Shown one piece after another: positions 1 to 11,255 of a DNA stretch of 64,000 nucleotides. The notes beneath the pieces were generated by a model. That model was not told where the DNA came from. It did not search any database and worked only from the letters and a program-made list of their open reading frames with translations. Each line of letters opens with the position of its first letter. The stretch's first letter is position 1. A program made the translations under genes and the position numbers. The stretch is from NCBI GenBank assembly GCA_037379345.1, contig CM074516.1, positions 30,479,626-30,543,625 of the forward strand, given 5' to 3'. This DNA is from Perna viridis (Eukaryota).

Positions 1-1374
1 TTGTGGGTTACTCTTCTGTACAGAATGCACAAAAATGTCTACGGCTCTATTTGAAGCTCTTAAAGATGACACATCACAAAACTTCAAATGAACCTGCAAT
101 AGCTGTAAACAGAATTTAACTTTCAGGTCAGGACAAATTGATTGAGGAGCAAACAAACTCCAGAACATCTGACGCGGAAAAGGAGTTATTAACCTCGACA
201 AAAGTCTAGACGAGAGGGTTAAAATGAAGTTGTACAAATAATACAAGATCTGCTGGACGAGATGAGATTAGAAATCAGATCGTCACTTCAAGATGATGTG
301 AGAAGGGAACTAAGAGAAATAGAAGATCAGAAATTTAGAACTTTCAAGACAAAGTGAGATCAGCAAATAAAAAGAAGAAACGATAAGGAAAAGGGAGAAA
401 AAAGCAGAAACCCATAAAAATATTTGCACCGAAAAAAAAATATATATACAACGATCCATCGCAGTTTTCAGTTGCAACCACAGAAAATATTAATTTCGGA
501 AGTGAAATTGCTGGAGACAATTCTCTTTCAATACAAAGCTGCATGTACTAATCCCAATCAGATTATCTAGCCCTCCCAGAATCAGAGTTAGAAACTTTAC
601 ATCTATAAGTATCAGTGAGTGATGTCATGATTGCACATGAAGTCGGAGATGAGACAGTCATGGATGGCATCACCACAAACGAAGCTTCAAAGAAGAACCC
701 ATCTTAGGCACAACCCTCAGACAAATAGATAGTTTTATTGTTTCTAACAACACCAAAAAAGAGCACAACTGTCAGTCATGTACAGAAATGCTGATTTTTT
801 TAATTAAACGAATGAACTCATATCAGTGGTCACAGAGAAAATAATACGACATCATAGCAACAGTAGAAATCTTTCGTAAGAACCAAAATCTTGAATATAT
901 AATGAAAACTTATGGAACATACCGCGCTATACAATCCACAGACCTACCACTACAGTCTTCACTAGAAAAGAATGCATGATATACACAAAAGACTTCTTAA
1001 AGGCATTTTATATCATTAGCGAATTACAAAATCAGACAAAATATGTACAAAGTGGTTTACGTATCCCAGAAAGGCAGATCATATTTGTCTCATGCATATA
1101 TATAGAAGTGCTAATGCAACAGAAAATACAGCCATAACGGAGCATTATGACAAGACAAATGAAGAAGACATGGTTGATAATATAGATCATTGTGCACCAC
1201 CTGATTCCAGTGACTATGAGGTAAATTTTCTGTATACATCTAAAAATATAACTGTAAAACGAACTACCAAATATTTTTGAAAGGGTAATCAAGGGAACCA
1301 AGATTCTAGCGGAAATCAAAAGAATGTAATCCAGGACCAAAGAACAGACATGAAAACAGACATACAATAAAAGT

Positions 1375-1480
1375 AAATGAGCAACTCGGACTCCACTAAA
1401 AACTGGGAGCATGGACTAAGTGCACCGATAGGGTAAACGTCCTGTTTTTTAGAGCACCTATTGAGTTGCTCATAAAAAGT
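1375..1480 (+). repeat. Dispersed repeat fragment interrupting the LINE; related copy at about 18650-18740
   Basis: actccactaaaaactggg...aagtgcaccgatagggtaaacgtcctg resembles actccctaaaaatggg...aggtgctctggaagggtaagcatgccctg at about 18658-18712. Confidence 0.5.
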
Positions 1481-1716
1481 CAAGTCCTGGGTAGACGAAA
1501 GATGAAAGGAAAACTATGACACATATACATAACGATACACCGTAACAATCCACGAGTTAATGATAACGACCATAAAACTTCTGTTGTGATTTGTTTTGAA
1601 GGTTTTCACTTCCAAACATGGTTAAACTTATTGTAGATGATACCAGGCGTCGGTTTCACAAAAAAAAATGTATGAAATTGATCGTAAATCATGACGTCAC
1701 AATGTTATTTTAGTTT

Positions 1717-2470
1717 GTGAAGTCATTACTTACGAACAACTTTACACTTACGACTTTTTGTGAAATCGAGACCAGGATATTTGCAAAAGTCAACAATGAA
1801 AATGATAACAACAGTCCCCAAAATGGTATGGATAACCTGGTGGACCGGTCAGACAAATGGCTTCTGAAATTTAATGTATCCAAAAGTAAACACATCCATA
1901 TTGTTCCAATAACCAACTCCACCTACAAGATGAATAATGAAGAAATAACTACAGCAACAGTAGAAAAGGACTTCAGAATAACCATCGATGACAAACTAAA
2001 CCTCCAATTTCATATAAATAATCATGCCAAAAAGACTAACCAAAACCTGGGATTAATTAACAGAACTTTTAATTAAATGGACAAAGATATGTTTCTGAAA
2101 TTATACAACAGCTTAGTAAGACCCATTTTAAATAGGGTAGCACAGTCTGGTCAGTTACAAAACCTCAGTAACCGAGAAAGACTAAAATATCTTGGGTTAA
2201 AATCACTCCAATACAGGAGACTAAGGATAAATCTTGTTGAAACATTCATAATTTTAAACGGTGGAGACAAAGTGGAGTGTTTTGACATGTTCTCTATCTA
2301 GAATACTAAAACTAAAGACCATAAGTACAACATTTTCCAGAAACGATGTAGAACAAACAAGAGAAAAATTAAAAACTTATCGCTGGGTGTAGTGGATTAC
2401 TGGTGTTAACTGCCAGACAAAGTTGTAGAAGCCAGTTCTGTAAATAGTTTTTTAAACGTTCTTAAAAATC
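1717..2470 (+). pseudogene. Inactivated reverse transcriptase C-terminal fragment of the CR1-like LINE
   Basis: ORFs 1717-2076 and 2077-2301 are in one frame separated by a single TAA; the YADD-type catalytic motif is not intact. Confidence 0.8.
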
Positions 2471-3287
2471 ACAGGAAGAATAATCCAGTGAAATTTGCTC
2501 CTGATTCTATGGACCGGAGGCAGGTATTAGACCACACTTCATCGAAATAAATCAAAGACGGTGACGTATACACGATCCGGAACTCTAGGTAAACTCAAAG
2601 TTTCTTACATAGACATTAGTCAAAGACAAGTTTTTGTATAATTATCCACTAGAGACCACTGGTCAATACAAAGGTTATAATATTTGTAGTACATATAAAG
2701 TGTATAAACAGTTTTATTTTTTTTTGGGGGGGGAATCGTAATTACAAACACAAAATATGTTTTTCTTCACCTTTTAACTTAAACAACCAAAACGTTTCCT
2801 CGACTGCTGACATTTACAGAAAGAAATACGGGACAGATTCACAAGCAAAGGTGGCATAGTTCGATATCATTAAGACAACGACAGCATGGTTGTTATTACA
2901 TAGTCCATAACGAGTGATGAAGCCAGTGTGAATAGTAAAAAGATAATGTCATTGGCATAATGAAGAATTTTTGTAAAAATAACTGACTCCATTTTAATAT
3001 GACTTTTGAGAGTTATAATTTTATCCTCACTTCTACTTTATTCAATTGGTAAATTTTTCTGAATTCCGAGTTAATTCGGCGCTTCATAATTAAGTCGATT
3101 TTTATTCTTTTTATTAAATATCTCTGTACAAACTGAAACTGAAATTAAATTCTTCTGTTTTCATACAAATGATAAACAGGTAGTAACATTATGCCTTTTC
3201 TGATAAAATAGTTACATGATTACGGTTGTTATAGAAGAGAAATTGTGAAACTCAACAACGAAAAAAACATGTACACCTAATTCTTTT

Positions 3288-3375
3288 TAGCACCAAATTA
3301 TTATTATTTTTAAAGAAAAAAACAGTGTCCGATATAGCACCAAATTACTATTATCTTTTAAAGAAAAAACAGTGT
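3288..3375. repeat. Two-copy tandem duplication of about 47 bp
   Basis: tagcaccaaatta(t/c)tattat..tttaaagaaaaaacagtgt occurs twice. Confidence 0.75.
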
Positions 3376-3861
3376 AGGACACATACGTGATTAATAATTG
3401 AACCATAAAATTTGCCAAACTCTTAAGGACTATTCGTATTACATATATTAATCTTAAATGCAAGAAATTTTAATGAAATGCCTTAAAATAATTTGGTAGA
3501 GAACAGAAAATTAAACAGCGTTATTTCCCTTTTACCATATACCCCTAAATAAAATTATTTAGAGTTGCATTACCAAGTTAGTTTGCTCATGTAAAGCATT
3601 TCAAAATTAAATTAATCTATAATATAACAATGCTTTTTATTGGCTCAACTCAAGCGTAAAATTCTCAATATACCTGTCGGAGCCGATTCACAAATTATGA
3701 AGTCAAGATAATTTGCATAACAATTAAATTAGCTGACTTACTAATCGGCGACAAATATAATAACCCCGATTGAATAAATGAATGATAAACTTTTACGCTT
3801 CAGGCCTCATTTAGAATAGATTCATTAGAATAGGGATAACCGTTTTCTGTTTGAAGCTTTG

Positions 3862-3958
3862 CGGACCTCCATCTCTAGTTTTATCCGTTTATCCGGCTGC
3901 GCTACGCGTCGCCAAGGTAATATCAATTTGCGACAGTAAAACTAGAGATGGACGTCCG
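3862..3958. repeat. Inverted repeat (22-bp arms, 1 mismatch), MITE-like hairpin
   Basis: cggacctccatctctagtttta (3862-3883) pairs with taaaactagagatggacgtccg (3937-3958). Confidence 0.8.
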
Positions 3959-4699
3959 TACAGCAGTTACCTCCTAATTCTTTTATGTCAAATGAATTGA
4001 AATAGATTGTGCATATTGTCTATGAATATCAGTTTAATTCAAATATTGCCAACATGGTAACTATTAGTCGAACGGAAATAATTAAAAAATAACCACACTT
4101 ACTTTTGTAGATTTTAATACAGGTGCTGAAATATATGTCGGCATATAAATTTCGAAAGATGTAATATTATATTATAGTATACAGTGTTAATCAAAAATGT
4201 TAACTAATTTAAATGTAATTCTTTTTTCCAATAGTAGTCTATAGTACATGTAACCAACCTACTTCAGTTTGTCAACAAGAACATTTTTAGAAAATGTAAC
4301 TTACTTGGGTAAAAAAAACTGAAGAAGAAATGTAATTGCATTGAACGTAATATGAAATATTGTTCATGTCGATTATCACTATGTTAACATAAATAAACCT
4401 AAAGGGGGAAATGATAATTTCACACAGTACTTAACGAATCCAATAGGACCAAAAAATCCAACGAACAATAGATACCATGGGATTTTTTATTATCCAAAGT
4501 GGTTTTGGTCAATCACGTTAAAAAGCCTAAATCACCTGACTTGATAAGCTACATTCCATTTTTTTAGTAACAGCATCATTGCTCTTTCACGGATAAAACA
4601 TCACAACGATCATTTTGTTAAATATACCACAAGAAACAACCATACCAATTGTCGTTGAATTTCTGCGAAGTATTCTGAGAGGAAGATAATCTGAAAGTA

Positions 4700-5320
4700 A
4701 TAACATTAAAGATAGCGAATATACACCCAAAAAGGGCAATTACACAAACACTGGTTATCAGATTTTCAAGAAATTTTAACCCTATGTTGGCGGCCATGTT
4801 TGTCTATGGATCATTTGTATCAAAGTTGTTTCTAATTGGTCCAATAGTGTCAGAGAATAGTAATAAAAGCAATCACGTTTGTTTCAGATACACAGCAGAA
4901 ATTGCAACATAGTTTGTATACGTTTTAAAACAAAAATAAATACAATGTACATGAAATAACATCAGAGGCGAAGATTGTTTTCTTTTCTTTGAAAGTTATA
5001 ACATTAAAAATGGCTAAAACAATGTCCTAAAAGGGCAATAACTCCAACATAAGTCAACAGATTTTCAAGACATTTTGACCATTGATAGATCTCAACATGC
5101 TGGCTGAATTCTTTTATTCACTTCAGAATTTGGTTAAACCTAACAAGTTTGCAGATGTATGTGAAAAATGCCGGCTAACCCCCATTATTATATATTAATA
5201 ACCATGGTCATGTGTGTCTACCGATCAGAAATTCCAACATCAGTTCTAAAAAGAATTCATAACAAGTTTGCAGAAATTTCAACATAGTTTGAATACGTTA
5301 TAAAACAAAAATAAATGCAT
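4700..5320 (-). mobile_element. Degraded Helentron/HINE-like element fragment
   Basis: The reverse complement contains ctctgacactattggaccaattagaaacaacttt, aaacatggccgcc and ggagttattgccctttt, motifs shared with the element at 29910-30825. Confidence 0.55.
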
Positions 5321-5929
5321 GAAATGCATGTACGTATGCTTTTTCATCGCGAAATTCTACGGGAAATACGTTTTGTTTTTTTTTTTTGCTCGAATCTTGG
5401 TTTCCTTGATTACTCTGTCCTTATGATTGTATACGAATATTTTTATTAACTTTTTTTTCAGTCCTAAATGTTTTTTTGTATGTTGAATGGTCCTACACAA
5501 GTGAAAAACATGTTGCAATTTGTTCCGTGTACACAGGACATATTGAAGTAAATGATTTCATGTACTTATAAAAATATGGAAGCATATATTTAGGACCGAT
5601 ATGGTAATATATCTTCTGCACAAATAAAAACACATACAACAAATGTTATTCTAAATAATACAATAACAAGAATCTTTTCGTTTATGAAGTCCTTTGAAAA
5701 ACATGTACTTACCATATCATTTTATTCACATTTTTAGTAAATTTACACATACTTTTTTTATGTTAGTCTAAAACATGCGTAAAATGTAAGATAAATTATA
5801 TATGTCACAATAAATTAACATTTTAGGTAAATCATAGTATACAACAGAATAGGTAGATATGTAATAAGTAATGAAATTCTATTAAAATCATGTCGTTCAA
5901 AAAGGAACAAATAATGAAAATAGAAGTTT

Positions 5930-6058
5930 NNNNNNNNNNNNNNNNNNNNNNNNNNNNNNNNNNNNNNNNNNNNNNNNNNNNNNNNNNNNNNNNNNNNNNN
6001 NNNNNNNNNNNNNNNNNNNNNNNNNNNNNNNNNNNNNNNNNNNNNNNNNNNNNNNNNN
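5930..6058. other. Assembly gap (129 N)
   Basis: Run of N. Confidence 1.
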
Positions 6059-8237
6059 AGAAATTGTGGAAATTGAATGCATACAATAGAGAAAAACAGT
6101 AAAAAGCAAGTCATTCATCCAATAAGAGATATTTACATGCATGTGCTATTTCTCTATGTAAAGATATCCAATTCTCGTTGTTTCTTTTTCATAAATTTTC
6201 AGGAAAAAAAGTTTTATAGTGACAACAGATAATTTTGACCAAGTTTTCTTTGATTGAAATTTTTGATAGTAATAAGAAGGCTTTATAAAACATAGTTTGT
6301 TTGTATGTACCCCATTGTCAGTTCAGATATTGCACATCTATGACATGGTTTAAATGTAAAATTTTGATTATTTGATTACGCTGTCATAATTCACAGTAAC
6401 GCATTTCTTGCCTGCGACTCAAGCTGAAAAAAATATTAAGAATTACGTTTTAATTAATAATTATTTTATATGCATACACAAGTAACAACGAAAAATAATG
6501 AAAGAGTAAAGTTGTGTTAACACAGAATAAGAGAAATTCATATCTTGTAATATTTGTGACCGCTGATCAAAGATCTTACGGGACATCAAGCATATCAAGG
6601 TAAGTACGAAGTCGTCTTCCATCAGATACATATAACTTAACTGGTCACTGCAATTAACTTTATCTGCAGAAAAATGACGATGAATAATTATATCGCTCTT
6701 GAATGGTGTAAACTTCCTTTTTGTGGTATATATCCCCATCCTCACTGTTCACAGCCCCATCACCATAACCCCATTCCCCTATAATCTCATTGTATTTTCT
6801 TTGTTACCTTGAAAAAGGTTCACCATAACTGTCATTATGACAATGTAAAATAGGTTACAATTACAAGAACACAAATTTTACTATGTCATTTTTTTTAATT
6901 CAGTGGTATCAATTCAGGTAACAACTTAAACTTTATATGTCAAAACTTAAACGATAATTTCTAAATTATTTCAATACAATTTTGTGTAAATGAATACATT
7001 TTAAATTGTTAACCATATTTTCCCCATTCAAAATTCCCATTCCTTATCCCAATTCCCCATTCTCTTCTACATCCCCATTCATATAACATAGAATTGGAAG
7101 ATTTTGTCCATAGCAGTACTGTAAGTGACATTCACGGTCATTTACCAAAGGTCATGTAAACATGATGAAATTACACTCTAACATTACGATTACTGGTGGT
7201 CTGGAAAGTGACATTTTTATGGATGATTTGAAATTTATAGAAAACAAGATTTTTCCCAAAGTTTGAAAACCGTATGATAGTATGCCAGACATATTACAGA
7301 TTTGCTGTCAAGAAATAAACCACAGGTCATTAAATATTATTTTAAAAGGGTTAATCCGACCTCATTTTTATGAGGAGTAAAAAATCAAGAGATGTTATTA
7401 CACGTGTTCTGTATGCTCAGGAAAACGTTTATTTCAAAAGAATATTAAGTTAACACATCTAAGGGAAACTTCCGTATTAAAAATTTTTAACCATTGATTA
7501 ACAGCAAATTTGTTTTAAAAATTCAAAAATATCTCCTTGCATTGATTACGAATTTTGGTGCAAAGTTCTTAAATCTAACAATTAATTTTAAAATATCTTC
7601 ATTGGCTAAATATCGAGTATATTTGATAAGTTATCAGTTACTAGAAGGAAGTGTTTCTATTAACTCATCAAAAACCTTCATTCTGACATAAATTCTTATC
7701 AAAATCCGTCGAAATTGCTGTCGTGGCTGTGTTATAATTTTGAATTTGAAATAAAATAGGAAACACAAACTGGGGACTACCTGGCAGGGGAGATAACCTC
7801 ATAAGTATTAATTCTTTACTTCTGTGTGCAGTCTCAGTGAGAACAACTATCATAACCAGTAAGATGAAGATTGGAACTTACGTAATAAACATGATTTTAG
7901 AATGATAATGATAAAAACCACCAGACAGTTCATGTTGATTAGTTTGAATATATATCTCTCATTATAAAACCTACCTGTTAAATAAGATTGCATAGCTGAA
8001 GTCTGAGAATTTCGCCAATAATCTGAAAAAGAGGTGTAAAATTTGAGACTAACTGTCGTCATGCACTGACATTGACTATATGTGCTTATTTGGTTATGGC
8101 GGGTTTTGTTTTAATGTTTTGTTACTACGAGTATAACAAGATCCGAACAGCGTCTGACGTTCGAAATTTACACTAGACGCTGCAGTCAGCCCTTCCAGAA
8201 AATGCAAGAATCTTGCAAAGTCGGGAAAAAGTGAATT

Positions 8238-8680
8238 TAGTTATCCTGAGCATAAATCATATCTATAACATCGTTGTCTTTAGATATCATCAGTATAAAT
8301 CATAGCTATAACATCGGGGTCTTTAGATATCCTGAGTATAAATCATAGCTATAACCTCGGTGACTTGAGATATTCTGAGTATAAACCATAGCTATAACCT
8401 TGGTGACTTGAGATATTCTGAGTATAAACCATAGCTATAACCTTGGTGACTTGAGATATCCTGAGTATAAACCATAGCTATAAACTCGGTGTCTTCAGTT
8501 ATCCTGAGTATAAACCATAGCTATAATCTCGGTGTCTTGAGATATCCTGAGTATAAACCATAGCTATAGCCTCGATGTCTTGAGATATCCTGAGTATAAA
8601 CCATAGCTATAATCTTGGTGACTTGAGATATTCTGAGTATAAACCATAGCTATAACCTTGGTGTCTTCAGATATCTTGAG
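8238..8680. repeat. 43-bp minisatellite, about 10 copies
   Basis: Unit gatatcctgagtataaaccatagctataacctcggtgtcttga; the ctgag anchor recurs at 43-bp spacing (8246, 8289, 8332, 8375 ... 8633, 8676). Confidence 0.95.
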
Positions 8681-9680
8681 ATGCCGAAAGACACACAAGA
8701 TCTCAAAACGCTGATAACGCGTTTTGCTTTTAATTTTAAGAAAAGTAAACTTTGTGTTTTGAGACACCTTGAGAATCTTTTGCTTTGTCAAATGTTAACG
8801 GAGAGAGGCAACATATTGTAGTAAAATCGGTCACGGTAACGATGACAAGGTTGGTTGATTTTTTTTGGTCATTTGTAAAAATCGAAGGGTGTTATTATTT
8901 TATGTACTTGCACGGTTAAGAATATTATGAGGCAAGTGTAACCTGTAGGAGGATATATAATAGTTGAACATACCGATATATATTCATATTGGCCTTATAT
9001 TTTATGTCGTTGAACTAAGAATTATTTGCCTTCACAAAATGGTAAGATTTATGTGAGCTATAAACATTTTGTTTCGATAAAAATACGGAATTAGTTAAGA
9101 TTCTTACTCGGGATTACAGGTTAACTTCCTGTCAAACTAAATCAAGCTCTCAGTCCTTCTAAGGTCATACAAGTAAGTGAAATTCGTGTGTTTACCGTTA
9201 AGAGGACTTCGTTTTCTATTATTAAAGCCGTTTCAATGACTTGTGACTATTGGTATTTGCATCACTAGAAGACGATAATTGGAACCATTAACGGTATTTT
9301 TTTTCTTTTGGGAATATTGACGTGGGTTTTCATATACACTTATAGGTCTCCCTAATGCGACATTTTAGGGGGGTAGACGTCGCCCCTTTAAATGATTCTT
9401 ATTACAAAGTTATCCAATAATTACGCTGTACTCAATTTTTGATGATTTTCTCTTCAAATATCTCTCAGATACCACACTTCGTACTTTTTGTACTACAATG
9501 ATCCATTCGATAAATGATGAACCGTTTGACAAATTACTACCGCACCCCACTGTTGAAACACAGAATTCCAGTGATTGCACAATTTGTTGTGTTTTCAATT
9601 AAGCAAGATCAAATTTCATTGCAAAAGAAAAGCATTTACCCTGTAATATTTATAGATCTGACGAAATGCTTTTACTCCAG

Positions 9681-9730
9681 AAAGATAAATAATTCCACGT
9701 AGGTATATACAAAAATCAGTTGGTTCAAAG
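9681..9730 (+). other. Candidate non-coding 5' UTR exon of the NELL-like gene
   Basis: Acceptor-like ttttactccag before 9681 and a consensus donor AAG|GTAAGT after 9730. A matching acceptor (cttatttcag, 11060) precedes the first coding exon. No transcript evidence. Confidence 0.35.
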
Positions 9731-10579
9731 GTAAGTCAGACATGTTTGATTTTTTTTTCAAATTTTGACTTGAGAACTTTATTTCAATCTCATTTTATAT
9801 TATTACAAAATCTTCATCTTTGAAAAATGTTGTTTGTTACTTGATGCTAGATACTATGGTTAATGTATTTCTGTTTTCCATTGTATATCATAATCGCAAA
9901 AAAATGCGAACGTTGAATAAATGTAAATAATGATCTGAATTGAAAAAAAAATACATAAATATAAACTATAACACAGTTTAGCTTAACAGTATCACTTTTA
10001 AATTAGAGAAAGCTTAGAAAAAAAGCGAACAGTTTAAAAACACGATTGAACAATTGTACCTATATGAAGGTATTTCAGACTGTTAAAGATCGCAGTCTTG
10101 ATTCATACCACTTGGCAGTTGAATTCATTCGCAAAGAAAAAAATGATGGGAATTTTGATTTAGTACATGATAAAAAATCGTAACCCTAATACTATTTAAA
10201 TAGACCTGATATAAAAATAATGGGATGTGTCCTTTAAGACAGAAGTTATAGTAAATTACATGTCAGATAGTACTTAAGATCATAAGACTCAAGTCTACGA
10301 TTTCCTGAACTTGTGTGTACAAGGTCATTTTTATTAAGACATAGTTTTATCATTAATTCAATTACATATGTATGTATGAATTAGACGGATAATCAATAGG
10401 AAGCTATTCTTCGTCAGTTAGCATAGACAGTCGTTAGATTTGCATCTATTAACTAATTAGTGAATTCTGGCTGGTAGATGTTTTAATCTAACCATGATTG
10501 GAAATTTTTGTTAGACAAATAAGTTAACCATGGTTCGTCGATAGAAACCGAGGATAACAAAGTTGTATATTGATAATTT

Positions 10580-10900
10580 TCCTTATGCACTATGATATTG
10601 GAGGGAAAGTGAACGCGCAGTCTCTGAACTTTAGCGATGGTGGTCTGTGGTTGGTGATCAAACGATTCGTATCTGCATCAGAGTACGGTAGGGTGCAGTT
10701 GATATACTTTTAGTTGTCTACCTGTGCTATTGTCACCTGGAAATTTTTATGGCGCGTTTTCTATAATAAAACGGGAGATTTTATATGAGAGATTAACTCG
10801 CATAACCATGTGTCGCTACCGAGTAAAACGTATGATTTTAGTGTTTGATCAAAATTCGATATTGTAAGAAAAAGACCGAGTGTGAAGTACTGTAGGAAAG
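10580..10900 (+). promoter_or_regulatory. CpG-containing region upstream of the first coding exon; candidate promoter or 5' UTR
   Basis: Local CG enrichment (gaacgcgcag, ggcgcgtt, gtcgctaccgag) 300-600 bp upstream of the ATG. Confidence 0.3.
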
Positions 10901-11194
10901 TTTCTTGTTATGAATTTCATTGTAGAAATTTACAATTGTTATTTATTCGTTGATTGGATTTTTAAGTGAAAAACGTGTAAGAAATATGGATACGTAAAAT
11001 TGCTGAATATTGTGAAATTTGACTGGACATATATAGATCATACAATTTGACTTATTTCAGTGGACTGAATGTAATGATTGACCTCTTTGTGAGGCTAAGC
11101 AAACAAACCCACACAGACTTGTTAAGGGGAGGTTTTATCCAAGTCAAGAAATGGTTGAAGGGATAGAGGACCGATATAACTGCGGGCCACAGGA

Positions 11195-11255
11195 ATGGGA
11201 CCACGAACTTCTCTCTTACAAAGTTTTGTCATAGTAGTCATAATATTGTTTTATG
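11195..11255 (+). CDS. NELL: NELL coding exon 1: signal peptide MGPRTSLLQSFVIVVIILFY(G)
   Basis: ATG plus hydrophobic core; phase-1 donor G|GTAAGT joins exon 2 in frame (G-ASS). Confidence 0.8.

Larger units (their letters stand above)
1..2600 (+). mobile_element. Decayed CR1/L2-clade LINE (ORF1 and endonuclease remnants plus RT C-terminus), internally deleted
   Basis: Translations at 1717-2301 (DNLVDRSDKWLLKFNVSKSKHIHI, EKDFRITIDDKLN, LGLINRTF, FLKLYNSLVRPIL, RERLKYLGLKSLQYRRLR) resemble the CR1 ORF2 RT thumb/C-terminal region. HIYRS near 1095 resembles the APE endonuclease CIYRS motif. Stops and frameshifts occur throughout; boundaries are approximate. Confidence 0.8.

Noticed and set aside
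5815-6142. Four ORFs spanning X runs
   Set aside because: Artefacts of the N gap.
7778-7940. Functional U1 snRNA gene
   Set aside because: Similarity ends after 18 nt; no downstream U1 stem-loops or Sm site.
11151-11234. ATG 11151 as the NELL start
   Set aside because: Out of frame with exon 2 and stops at 11234; ATG 11195 gives the signal peptide.
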